A program made the position numbers and the translations under genes. Below, piece after piece: positions 48,419-57,964 of a stretch of DNA of 64,000 nucleotides. The stretch is from assembly GCF_028368995.1 (NCBI RefSeq), contig NZ_JAQNDL010000004.1:416001-480000 (forward strand), in the 5' to 3' direction. The notes under the pieces are model-generated. The model was not told where the DNA came from and did no database searches. It worked only from the letters and a program-made list of their open reading frames with translations. Origin of the DNA: Nannocystis bainbridge. GTDB taxonomy: Bacteria > Myxococcota_A > Polyangia > Nannocystales > Nannocystaceae. Positions within the stretch are counted from its first letter, which is position 1. Every line of letters starts with the position of its first letter.

Positions 48419-51400
48419 ATGAGCAGGACCGACGCCATGCGTAAAAACCTCCTCCGAAGCATTCCCCGCTTGTCGCGCCCGATTCACCGCGGCGACGCCG
48501 GCTCTGGCGCCTGGGCGCTGGCCGTGTTCGCTGTGTTCGGCGCCTCGACGGTGTTGAGCGGCTGTGTGACCGACCCCGATTGCGGCGTCTGTGACCCCGA
48601 GAACCTGATCCTCGAGACCGTCGCGGGCGTCAATTATGCCGGCAAGGTCGTCAAGCTGCTCGGCCCCGAGTGCGAGGGTCCCGAGTGTCCAGGCGAGATC
48701 AAGAACGGCAACTACTTCGTCGAGAAGGTCATCCCCTGTCTGGAGACCGACGCGGCGCTCGAGGCCCCGCGCGGCGCCCAGGAGTGGTGCAAGGTCTCGC
48801 CGCTGATCGTCACCGACGGCCTGCAGTTCATCTTCAACAACCTGCTGGATCCGCAGTCGGTCGAGCTCGTCCGCAAGTCGCCGGTCAACCCGCAGCTGTT
48901 CGAGGTCTACGACTGGAAGACGAACATCGTCCACCTCGAAGGCCCGATCACGCGCTATAACGGCGACTATCGCCCGGGTTCGCAGACGGCGCCCGACCAG
49001 GTGGCGCGCCTCGTCAACCTGGCCTGCATCGACAACCTGAACGAGCAGGGCAAGGGGTTCAACCACGAGAACGTGGCCGACAACTCCTGTGACGGCCTGT
49101 TCGTCGACCCGAAGTCGAAGAAGACCATCCCGCTCAAGATGCGGGTGGCCGAAGAGGTCAAGACCTACAAGGGCGAGACCGACGCGCGCCGCGCCTCGCA
49201 GTCGTGCACGACCCCGCAGGACGGCGTCGACACCTGCTGCGACGCGTGTGACTACGAGCTCGCGGTCAACATCGCCAAGTACGGCACGACCACGCCGGTC
49301 CCGGCCAGCCAGGAGGCCAACAGCAACCAGCTGCGCAGCCCCAACGCCGGCAACGCGCTCACCTGCGATCTGATGGGCGACAAGTTCGCGCAGTGCCGCG
49401 ACTTCATCCCGTACGTGAACCGGACCGAGGAGGTCCGCGAGTACTCGTACGACTGGACCGACGGCAAGCAGACCTTCCGCGTGCCGCTGCAGGACAAGCT
49501 GCGCGAGACGCATCCCGACGAGCGCCCGCCCGGCCTCGAGCAGCTCAACATCCGCTGCGAGACCGACGAGGACTGCGCGGTCAAGCCGTATCCGGCCCTG
49601 CCGGGCAGCAACTGCGTCGGCACCAAGAACGGCGCCGCGTGCAGCGGCTCCGATCCGGAGTGCGAGGACAAGTTCTGCCGCGCCGAGTGGTTCGTCGAGT
49701 GCCGCGTCGAGACGGCCACCACCGGCGAGCAGGGCTACTGCGTCGACAAGCGCTGGAACGGCAACGGCGTCGCCGCTTGCTTCCAGACCCAGGTCCCGTA
49801 CCCGATCTGCCGCGACGAGACGTGCACCTCCAAGCAGTCGGAGTCGGCGGACAAGGCCAAGGGCCGCCGCTTCGCCTTCGCCGACTCCGACCTCAGCAAC
49901 TCGATCTCGGCGCTCGAGGGCTGCCGCGCCGAGCTCAGCAAAGGTGGCCAGGTGCCCGCCGCTTGCGACCCGTACTTCCAGGAAGGCGTCCAGCCGACGA
50001 GCCGCTACGACCGCAAGGAGACGCTGCCGAGCGTCGCTCGCAACTGCGTGTGCGAGGAGGATCCGGCGCCCGGTTGCGGCGACCTCGTGGCCTCGCTGTG
50101 CCGCGAGGGCGGCGACATCAACAAGCCCTTGATCAAGGAGAAGATCGGGCAGTACGCGATGAAGTTCGTGTCGAAGAACGGCGGCGTGATCTACGACCCG
50201 GCGATCAAGGGCGTGCTGTTCTTGCCGGCCGACCTCGGCGCGGTCCCGCGGAGCTTCGCCGAGACCTGCTCGGCGGGCCGGTCCAAGGGCGCCGGTGCGC
50301 TCAACATCCGCGACGGCTGGCGCGGCAACGACAACGGGTTCTTCGAGAGCTACGAGAACTTCGATCGCGCGATGTGCTCGAGCTCGACCTACAAGATCGT
50401 CTTCAACGACGAGTCGACGAAGAACGAGACGACCGGCGGCATCGCCCAATACATCCGCGACAAGGTCGGCAACACGCTGCGGGACAAGGCGACCTACGTC
50501 ATCCACACGCCCGACTTCCACGTCGTCCCGGGCAGCGGCTTCCCGACCAACAACCTGCGCATCGGCGCGTGCGACGACTTCGAGCTGCGCTTCTCGAACA
50601 AGTACGACATGAGCCCGTCGAACTTGCTGAAGCTGCAGATCATCGAGCTCGGCGGCACCGACGAAGAGCCGGTCGAGGGCAAGGTGATCGCGGGCGGCCC
50701 CGGTTGCGCCAAGACGGCCGAGGACCTCGAGGCCGGCGTCGGCAGCGTGCCGTGCCTGTCGGTCAACGTCCGCGACCAGGACATCGGGTCGGTCCGCGTC
50801 GAGATCGACGCCAAGGAGTTCGGCGCCATCCTGCAGCCGAATTCCAGCGACAACCCGATCCGCTACCGCTTCAAGGTCCCGGGCCTCACGCTCGCCGACG
50901 GCGAGGACGTGTTCGAGGCGATGAAGAACCGCCCGGCCGACTACGCGGCGGCGTTCTGGGACGCGTGCGGCATGCCGCTCGTGCTCGGCATGCCGAAGGT
51001 CGACGGCGACGGGAACGTGGCGAAGGGTGGCAAGGCCGCCTCGCCGGACTTCTGGTACGACTTCGAGATCGACTCGCCGAAGTGCAAGGAGGACGAGGAC
51101 CTCGACGGCTTCCCGTTCTCCTGCGACAACGCGCCCGACGACTTCAACCCGGACCAGGTCAACAGCGACGGCGACGAGGCCGGCGACGTGGTCGACCTGT
51201 GCCCGACGGTGGCGACGATGAACCCGTTTGCCGACACCGACAAGGACGGCATCGGCAACGAGTGCGACTTCTGCACCCGCCCGGTGGCCACCTACAACAA
51301 GAACGCGGCGGCGGCCTCGGCCTCGGAGAAGATGAAGGTCCGCAACATCCCGGACCAGTCCGACTTCGACCGCGACGGCATCGGCGACGTCTGCGACAAC

Positions 51401-52555
51401 TGCATCACCGTGGCCAACTGCGGCGACTTCGGCGAGGGTGGCAACAAGAAGCCGGCCAAGATCGGCGACCCCGTCCCGTTCAACAACGACAGCCAGTGCC
51501 AGGTCGACATCGACGCCAACCCGTTCATCGGTGACGCGTGCGTCGGGCTGATTACGATGCCCGAGATGGGCGCGGCGGGCCCGGTCGGCTTCGGCCTCGA
51601 GGACGACTTCGACCAGGACGGCGTCGCCAACAAGGACGACAGGTGCCCGCGCCAGCGTGTCAAGGCGTGCACTGAGGACGCGGAGTGCGGCGGCGAGGAC
51701 GTGACCTGCGCAGCCGGGTTCTGCAGCAACCACTCGGACTTCGACGGCGACGACGTCGGCGACATCTGCGACACCTGTCCGTTCGATCAGAACCCGCAGC
51801 AGGTCCAGATGGGCATGTCGGAGGAGAACGACCTCGACGGCGACTTCGTCGGCTTCAACTGCGAGACCAACAACGAGTGCTTCGACCGTCCGGACGCGCG
51901 CCCGATCGCGTTCTACGACAAGGTCGCGCCCTCGGGCATGTGCTGCACGACGGTGTTCCCGGTCGACACGCTCGACGCCCCGCGCCTGATGCCCGACGGC
52001 GAGCCGCTCGAACGCGACGAAGTCGAGCGCCTGATGATGGAGTACCAGGCCGCGCGGGAGGCGTGGGCGATGGCGATGGACGGCTCCGAGCCGCCGCTCC
52101 CGCCGCTGTTCGTCCCGCTCAAGGCCGACTGCGGCGGCGAGGGGCCCGACAAGTGCCGCCAGCTGCCGCCGAAGGTCCTCGGCATCCACGGCGTCGTCAA
52201 CCTGCCGCCCGGCTGCGCCGAGGCCGGTCAGCCGCTCAACCTCGACAGCCCGAGCATCAACGGCAACGCCGACGAGCTCTACAAGTTCATGTGCACGCTG
52301 CCGCAGCGCGACCAGGACTTCGACGGCATCGGCGACGAGTGCGATCTGTGCCAGTTCTCGTTCGACCCCGACAACACCCTGTACAAGGACCAGAACAACA
52401 AGGTGTGGCCGCAGTACGGCCAGTACTGCAGCGGCGTGTGGGCCGTCGACGTGGCGCCCCGCCTGCTCTCGCAGTGCGGTGACCTGTCCGAGGACGTGGG
52501 CATGACCACGACCGACACCACGACCGGTGGCATGACCACGACCACCGGCGGCTGA
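48419..52555 (+). CDS. large Cys-rich lipoprotein with thrombospondin type-3-like Ca-binding repeats
   Basis: VLSGC lipobox; DKDGIGNECD, DRDGIGDVCDNC, DGDDVGDICDTCP, DFDGIGDECDLC; Thr-rich C-terminus. Confidence 0.85.
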   Translation: MSRTDAMRKNLLRSIPRLSRPIHRGDAGSGAWALAVFAVFGASTVLSGCVTDPDCGVCDPENLILETVAGVNYAGKVVKLLGPECEGPECPGEIKNGNYFVEKVIPCLETDAALEAPRGAQEWCKVSPLIVTDGLQFIFNNLLDPQSVELVRKSPVNPQLFEVYDWKTNIVHLEGPITRYNGDYRPGSQTAPDQVARLVNLACIDNLNEQGKGFNHENVADNSCDGLFVDPKSKKTIPLKMRVAEEVKTYKGETDARRASQSCTTPQDGVDTCCDACDYELAVNIAKYGTTTPVPASQEANSNQLRSPNAGNALTCDLMGDKFAQCRDFIPYVNRTEEVREYSYDWTDGKQTFRVPLQDKLRETHPDERPPGLEQLNIRCETDEDCAVKPYPALPGSNCVGTKNGAACSGSDPECEDKFCRAEWFVECRVETATTGEQGYCVDKRWNGNGVAACFQTQVPYPICRDETCTSKQSESADKAKGRRFAFADSDLSNSISALEGCRAELSKGGQVPAACDPYFQEGVQPTSRYDRKETLPSVARNCVCEEDPAPGCGDLVASLCREGGDINKPLIKEKIGQYAMKFVSKNGGVIYDPAIKGVLFLPADLGAVPRSFAETCSAGRSKGAGALNIRDGWRGNDNGFFESYENFDRAMCSSSTYKIVFNDESTKNETTGGIAQYIRDKVGNTLRDKATYVIHTPDFHVVPGSGFPTNNLRIGACDDFELRFSNKYDMSPSNLLKLQIIELGGTDEEPVEGKVIAGGPGCAKTAEDLEAGVGSVPCLSVNVRDQDIGSVRVEIDAKEFGAILQPNSSDNPIRYRFKVPGLTLADGEDVFEAMKNRPADYAAAFWDACGMPLVLGMPKVDGDGNVAKGGKAASPDFWYDFEIDSPKCKEDEDLDGFPFSCDNAPDDFNPDQVNSDGDEAGDVVDLCPTVATMNPFADTDKDGIGNECDFCTRPVATYNKNAAAASASEKMKVRNIPDQSDFDRDGIGDVCDNCITVANCGDFGEGGNKKPAKIGDPVPFNNDSQCQVDIDANPFIGDACVGLITMPEMGAAGPVGFGLEDDFDQDGVANKDDRCPRQRVKACTEDAECGGEDVTCAAGFCSNHSDFDGDDVGDICDTCPFDQNPQQVQMGMSEENDLDGDFVGFNCETNNECFDRPDARPIAFYDKVAPSGMCCTTVFPVDTLDAPRLMPDGEPLERDEVERLMMEYQAAREAWAMAMDGSEPPLPPLFVPLKADCGGEGPDKCRQLPPKVLGIHGVVNLPPGCAEAGQPLNLDSPSINGNADELYKFMCTLPQRDQDFDGIGDECDLCQFSFDPDNTLYKDQNNKVWPQYGQYCSGVWAVDVAPRLLSQCGDLSEDVGMTTTDTTTGGMTTTTGG

Positions 52556-52579
52556 GTCGTCTCCGCGACGCGCTCGACG

Positions 52580-52614
52580 AAGAAGGGGCCGCCCTGCGCG
52601 GCCCCTTCTTTTTT
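52580..52614 (+). terminator. intrinsic terminator
   Basis: AAGAAGGGGCCGC-CCTGC-GCGGCCCCTTCTT then TTTT. Confidence 0.88.
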
Positions 52615-52693
52615 GCGCGTGCAACGTCCGACGCGCTGCCCGAGCGAAGCGCCGGTTACGGCGCTTCGCTTCACGGCGGTCGCGTCTCGCGGT

Positions 52694-53437
52694 TCAGATC
52701 GACACGGCGGGCTCGAAGCGCCAGACGGCGCGCAGGTCACCGTCGGCGTTGCGCGCGGCGATCTCGGCCGCGACCTGCTCGAGCTCGTCGGCGGGGCGCG
52801 GGGCGCCGTCGTAGAACAATCGACCCTGGCCACCCTCGGCGTCCGGCTCGAACCAGCAGTCGAGGTCGTCGAGGGTGAGGATGTGGCCGCGACGGAGCCG
52901 GGACGCGATGTTCTCGGCGGTGAGGCCGTCGTCGAATTCCTCGCGCAGCTTGCCGAGCCGGCGTGCCTCCTCACTGAGCCCGGCGAGGTCGCCGGCGACC
53001 ACGGCGTGCAACTCCCCGAGCGCGCGCAGGCCGTCGATCTCGCCCTCGCCGCCCCAGAAGCGGCCGCGGACGTAGAGGTAGGGCGGGGCCATCACGCCGG
53101 TCACGCCGGCGATCTGGCGGGCGGCCTGCGGCTGGTCGTGGAGGTTCATGCGGCGGAAGGGGATGCCTTCGGCGGTGAACACCGCGGTCACGTGATCGGT
53201 GGCGGCGTCGCCGGGGTAGCCGAACACGACGACGACGATCGGATCGGACCTGTCCAATGGTTCATCTTGCAGCGCCGCCTCTTCGACGGGCGGCTCGGGG
53301 CGGGCCTCGCTGCGGCCCCCGAGCGCCGCGGCGCGCTCCTGCACCTGCTCGATGAGCTTGCGGCTGGTCTCGCGGACACCCTCGGGCAGGTGCTTCTCCG
53401 CCATCGATTGCGCCTTGCGCAGCAGATCTCGCAACAC
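52694..53437 (-). CDS. glutaredoxin-fold hypothetical protein lacking CxxC
   Basis: VVVVFG, GIPFRRMNL, TGVMAPPYLYVRGRFWGG resemble a glutaredoxin; GYPGD where Cys is expected. Confidence 0.6.
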   Translation of the reverse strand: MLRDLLRKAQSMAEKHLPEGVRETSRKLIEQVQERAAALGGRSEARPEPPVEEAALQDEPLDRSDPIVVVVFGYPGDAATDHVTAVFTAEGIPFRRMNLHDQPQAARQIAGVTGVMAPPYLYVRGRFWGGEGEIDGLRALGELHAVVAGDLAGLSEEARRLGKLREEFDDGLTAENIASRLRRGHILTLDDLDCWFEPDAEGGQGRLFYDGAPRPADELEQVAAEIAARNADGDLRAVWRFEPAVSI

Positions 53438-53601
53438 CGGGGGACAGTAACGCGAACCCCGGGGGGCGACCAGACGTGGCGGCCTGGCGGGCGCGACGGG
53501 ACAGGCGGTGCGGCGCCCAGGAATTTTCGCGCACCGCGGGCAGGCCGCGCCGAAACCCGCCGGCCCTCGCCGATCCGTGGTATGCATCTGCCTCGCGCCC
53601 G

Positions 53602-54498
53602 ATGTTGCGGCTCACGCTCCACCTCGTGCTCGCGGCCAACTTCGCCGTGAGTCCCGTTGCCGGATCCAAGGACAAGCCAGCGTCCAACTGCCGCAACCCG
53701 AGCGCCCTCTACGAAGAGGGCCTCAAGGACTACGATCAGAAGTTCACCAGGGCCGCGATCGAGAAGTTCGAAGCGGCCCACCGGTGCTCGAAGAACCCGC
53801 TGATCCTCTACAACATCGGCCTGGCGTACCAGCGGTTGTACGACGCCGAGCAGCAGCCTGACCTGCTGCACGCGGCCAAGAAGGCGCTGGTCGAGTACGT
53901 CGACGCGATCGAGAAGGACCCGACGCTCGGCGCCGACCCCGAAGAGGTGAAGCCGGCGCTGGCCGAGATCGACGCGGAGCTCGAGCGGATCCGTCCGCCC
54001 GAGGTCGCGCCCGAGCCCGAGCCGCTGCCGGCGGCGCCCGATCCGGTCGACGATCCGGGCCGGTCGAAGCGGCTGCTCGGCATCGGGTTGATGAGCGGCG
54101 GCGGAGCGCTGACGGTGGTGGGCGTGGCGGTTGGCGCCGTGTTCGCCAGCAAGGGCGGCAAGCTGCACGACCAGCTCAACGGTGAGGGCGCCGTCTACGA
54201 CCAGCTCGAGGCGGGCGGCTGCGGCCTGGCACAGGCCGACGACGTGCAGGGCGCCGACACGATGGCGTGCGACGCCCTCCGCGGCCGACGCGAGGACCTC
54301 CGCAGCGACGGCGTACGCGCCAACGGGGTGGCGTTCGGGATGATGGCGGTCGGCGTGGTCGGCCTCGGCCTCATCATCGGCGGCGCGGTGGCGTTCGCCC
54401 AGGGCAAGCGCGCCACGTCCGAGTGGGAGTCGAGCCAGCGCGCTCGCGTCCGGGTCCTGCCGACGATGGGCGGGCTGCTGCTGCAGGGGCGCTTCTAG
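53602..54498 (+). CDS. hypothetical exported TPR protein with C-terminal hydrophobic segments
   Basis: LYEEGLKDY, ILYNIGLAY TPR; C-terminal GGLLLQGRF typical of myxobacterial proteins. Confidence 0.7.
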   Translation: MLRLTLHLVLAANFAVSPVAGSKDKPASNCRNPSALYEEGLKDYDQKFTRAAIEKFEAAHRCSKNPLILYNIGLAYQRLYDAEQQPDLLHAAKKALVEYVDAIEKDPTLGADPEEVKPALAEIDAELERIRPPEVAPEPEPLPAAPDPVDDPGRSKRLLGIGLMSGGGALTVVGVAVGAVFASKGGKLHDQLNGEGAVYDQLEAGGCGLAQADDVQGADTMACDALRGRREDLRSDGVRANGVAFGMMAVGVVGLGLIIGGAVAFAQGKRATSEWESSQRARVRVLPTMGGLLLQGRF

Positions 54499-54612
54499 GC
54501 GGCTCCGCGCTGGCCGCGACGACGCGATTCGCTCGTGGCAGCTTGATGACGTGATTCGCCGGCCCGGCGCCCAGCCGTTCGGCTCGAGCGTCCCACGTCG
54601 TGGCGGCCCTGC

Positions 54613-54692
54613 TTGGATGTCTCGAAGGACATGCCCATGTCGACATGTCTTCGTGGACATGCCACGAAGGACATGTTCTCACAGACAGGCTC
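54613..54692. repeat. 14-bp-period array (6 units)
   Basis: GATG 54616, CATG 54630, 54644, 54658, 54672, CAGG 54686; convergent junction. Confidence 0.9.
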
Positions 54693-56010
54693 AATCTCGC
54701 CGCGGCTCGGCGGTCGGCTCGCCGCGCGGCAGCAGCAGGGTGAAGCTGGACCCGCGGCCGCTCTCGCTGTCGACGACGATGTCGCCGCCGAGCAGGCGGG
54801 CGAAGCGGCGGCTGATGGCGAGGCCGAGGCCGGTGCCGCCGAAGCCGTGGCGGGCGTCGTGGACCTGCGAGAAGTCGCGGAACAGCAGCGAAAGCTTGTC
54901 GGCGTCGATGCCGATGCCGGTGTCGGCGACGCAGAAGGCGATGAACTCGCGGTCGCCCTCGCGGGCCGCTCGCACCGCCAGCTCGACCTCGCCGCGCGCG
55001 GTGAACTTGACCGCATTGCTCAGCAAGTTGAGCAAGATCTGGCGCAGCTTGGTGGCGTCGGTCGTGATGTCCCCGAGGCCAGGTTCGAGCACCATCCGCC
55101 AGCGCAGCGGCTTGCCGCGCAGCTGCGGGCGCACGGCCGCCTCCATCTCCTCGGCCAGCGGCGCGACCGCGACCGACTCGCGCCGCAGCTGCGGGACGCC
55201 GGCCTCGAGGCGCGCGAGGTCGAGGATGTCCTCGATGACGGCGACGAGGTGGCGGCCGGAGCGGTCGACGGTCTGGATGTCGGGCAGGAGCTGGCCGAGG
55301 CCGGCGGCGGTGGCCTCCTCGCGCAGCATCTCGGCGCAGCCGAGGATCGCGTTGAGCGGCGTGCGCAGCTCGTGGCCCATGTTGGCGAGGAAGAGGTCCT
55401 TGGCGCGCGCCGCGGTGACGGCCTCGGCGCGGGCGCGGGCGAGGTCGTCCCGCTGCTCGGCGAGCTCGCGCTCGCGGCGATCGAGCTCGAGGCGGACGGC
55501 GGCCTGGCGCGCGAGGGCGAGGAGGTCGCGCCGCTGGTCCTCGTCGAAGCGGCGCGGGACGACATCGAGGATGCACAGGCCGGCGATCGCCCGGCCGGCC
55601 TCGCCGGGCAGCGACACGCCGACGAGGCTGCGCAGCCGCGGGCAGGCGGCCACCAGCGGATGCGCGGCGAACCGCGGGTCGGCGGCGAGATCTTCGATCT
55701 CGAGCGGCTCGTCGCGCGCGAGCACGGCGGTACAAAAGGACAGGTAGCGTGAGGCGTCGCCGTCGCCGAGGCCGAAGCTGCCCGCGAGCCACACGGCGTC
55801 CTCGTCGGCGAGGGCGAGCAGGACGATCGGCGCGGCCAGCAGCGTGGCGGCCAGACGCGTGAGATCGGCGAAGGCCTGCTCGCGGTCCGAGCCGACGGGC
55901 GCACGCTCCGGCGCGCCCGCACGCGGGACCTCGAGCTCGGACGACGCGACCAACTCCACGGACCTACGATACTCGCCGTCGCGAGCGCAGCAAGCCCTCT
56001 TCATCGCCAT
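54691..56010 (-). CDS. GAF-domain histidine kinase
   Basis: SFC..DPRF..GLCILD GAF; FLANMGHELRTPLN, NLLSNAVKFT, DTGIGI, GGTGLGL. Confidence 0.93.
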   Translation of the reverse strand: MAMKRACCARDGEYRRSVELVASSELEVPRAGAPERAPVGSDREQAFADLTRLAATLLAAPIVLLALADEDAVWLAGSFGLGDGDASRYLSFCTAVLARDEPLEIEDLAADPRFAAHPLVAACPRLRSLVGVSLPGEAGRAIAGLCILDVVPRRFDEDQRRDLLALARQAAVRLELDRRERELAEQRDDLARARAEAVTAARAKDLFLANMGHELRTPLNAILGCAEMLREEATAAGLGQLLPDIQTVDRSGRHLVAVIEDILDLARLEAGVPQLRRESVAVAPLAEEMEAAVRPQLRGKPLRWRMVLEPGLGDITTDATKLRQILLNLLSNAVKFTARGEVELAVRAAREGDREFIAFCVADTGIGIDADKLSLLFRDFSQVHDARHGFGGTGLGLAISRRFARLLGGDIVVDSESGRGSSFTLLLPRGEPTAEPRRD

Positions 56011-56088
56011 CTGCTTCGTACGGCTGTCCGCGGCCAGCTGTTCGAGCGATCGGGCGATCGAAGGTTCACGCGACGACTGTCGCAGTCG

Positions 56089-56955
56089 TCAGAACTTGCC
56101 GAGGCGGACGCCGAGAGTGCCGGTCAGGCCGCTGAGGATCCGGTCGCTCGGCCCGCTCCACGGCTGGGCCACGGCGAAGCGATAGCCGCCCGAGAGCACC
56201 AGCCGGAGCACGCGGGTCAGCGCGAACGACAGCCCGAGCTCGGGTTCGGCGACGAACATGGCGGCACGATTGACGCAGCGATCGAGCCGCTCGTCGTTGA
56301 GGCAGACCCGGCCGCCGCCGATGAGCGCGCCGATTTGGAGCGAGAAGAAACGGACCTGCAACAACGCGACGGCGAGCGTGACGCCGGCGTACTGGGTCCG
56401 CATGTTGAAGGTGCGGTCGTCGGAGCGCTGGGCCGGCAGCGGGGTGGCGAGCGCGTGGCCGGCGGCGCCGAACATGAAGCGCTCGTTGACGATGACGGCG
56501 AAGTCGGCGCCGAGCATCAGTCCGGGCGAGCGTCCGAAGCCGGTGAGCTTGAAGTTAGGGGCGATGTAGGCGCCGACCTTGGAGTCGCGGACGATGAGCG
56601 GCTGACCCTCGGTCCACAGCGGCCCGCGCTTGGGCTCGCGCTTGGCCTTGACCTCGGCCTTTTCGCCTGGCTTTGGGGACATGGTCTCAGGGCCAGGTTT
56701 TGAAGGAGCGGAGGTGTCGGGCGGCGCCGGGGTGGCCACGCCGGAGGAGGGCGGCTGCCAGGCCGGGACGCTGGCGGGCTGGGTGAGATCGGGCGGGTTG
56801 CCGTCGACCGGCTGGGGCGCGGGCATCGGCGCCAGCGAGGTGGAGCCGCTGCTGCTGGAGTGCGGCGAGGGCGGGGCCTGGACGCCCGCGGCCGCGCGCG
56901 CCGGGACGGACAGGAGGGCGAGCGCAGCGAACACGGAAATTGCGCGGGGGGCCAT
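56089..56955 (-). CDS. hypothetical outer-membrane beta-barrel-like protein
   Basis: Signal peptide, Pro-rich linker, alternating beta strands, C-terminal GKF. Confidence 0.65.
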   Translation of the reverse strand: MAPRAISVFAALALLSVPARAAAGVQAPPSPHSSSSGSTSLAPMPAPQPVDGNPPDLTQPASVPAWQPPSSGVATPAPPDTSAPSKPGPETMSPKPGEKAEVKAKREPKRGPLWTEGQPLIVRDSKVGAYIAPNFKLTGFGRSPGLMLGADFAVIVNERFMFGAAGHALATPLPAQRSDDRTFNMRTQYAGVTLAVALLQVRFFSLQIGALIGGGRVCLNDERLDRCVNRAAMFVAEPELGLSFALTRVLRLVLSGGYRFAVAQPWSGPSDRILSGLTGTLGVRLGKF

Positions 56956-57058
56956 GGGGTGGGGGATACTGTTGCAGGGGCGGCCCCACGAGGCAATCGC
57001 GGGCCGCCCGGGAGCCGGCCGGCTTGCCGGTGCGCGCCACCACGGGCAAGATCCGGGC

Positions 57059-57865
57059 GTGCGTCGCTCTGTCGTGTTCGCTCTGTCCGCCGCGGCCGCG
57101 CTGCTCGCGTGCACACCCGAGCCGGCGAGCACGGTCGAGATGCGCCAGACGGTGGTCGAGGTGGTCGACCAGGGCCGGGCGATGGCGATCGAGAACGCCA
57201 TGGTCGCGCTGGTCGGCAGCATCGACCCGGCCGACAGCCTGGCCCACATCACCGACCAGGTCGCGGCCGGGCTGGCGACGCAGACGCCGTGCGCGGTGGT
57301 CAGCCGCCCGGGCGCGGTGGCGCTGCGGGTGTGGTTCGGCAGCAAGGCCGAGCCGTGCCCCTACGCCGGGATCGGCCTCAGCGGGACGATGCGCGTGGTC
57401 TACACGCGGCCCGACGGCGACGGCCTGCTGGCGTCGATCTACTACGAGCCGCTGCGCGGCGAGGCGACGCTGCTCGACGGCTTCTCCCAGCTGACGTGGG
57501 CGCCCGACGGCAGTCAGCGGCTGGTGACCGAGATCCGGGTCGACACGGCGACCGAGCGGCAGGTGGAGATCCAGTCGGATCGCCTGCTGTCCCACGTCGA
57601 CGGCGCGCTCAAGGTCGAGGGCTGGCGCCGCTGGCAGACGCTGATGGGCCGCTGGGAGGCCGAGCTCGCCGCGCTGCTGGTCGACGCCGACGAGTTCATG
57701 CCGTACTCGGGCCTGGCCGAGGTCGAGACGCCGTTCAACCACTCGATCGTGCTCGACTTCACGCACGAGGCCGGCGGGGCCCAGGTGCGCGCCAACGGCG
57801 GCCGCCGCGACCGCCTGTTCGAGGTCACCGCCGAGGGTGACGTGATCGACGTCGGCGACGGTTAG
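57059..57865 (+). CDS. hypothetical lipoprotein
   Basis: GTG start; AAALLAC lipobox; beta-rich body. Confidence 0.7.
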   Translation: MRRSVVFALSAAAALLACTPEPASTVEMRQTVVEVVDQGRAMAIENAMVALVGSIDPADSLAHITDQVAAGLATQTPCAVVSRPGAVALRVWFGSKAEPCPYAGIGLSGTMRVVYTRPDGDGLLASIYYEPLRGEATLLDGFSQLTWAPDGSQRLVTEIRVDTATERQVEIQSDRLLSHVDGALKVEGWRRWQTLMGRWEAELAALLVDADEFMPYSGLAEVETPFNHSIVLDFTHEAGGAQVRANGGRRDRLFEVTAEGDVIDVGDG

Positions 57866-57878
57866 CGGCTGGCGCGTG

Positions 57879-57958
57879 GGACATGTCCTCGGGGGCATGC
57901 CCGCAGGACCATGTTCGTTTAAGCATGTCCTCGGGGTCATGCCCCCGAGGACATGTCC
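57879..57958. repeat. 14-bp-period GGRCATGYCC array (6 units)
   Basis: CATG at 57882,57896,57910,57924,57938,57952; convergent junction. Confidence 0.92.
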
Positions 57959-57964
57959 GGGCCG

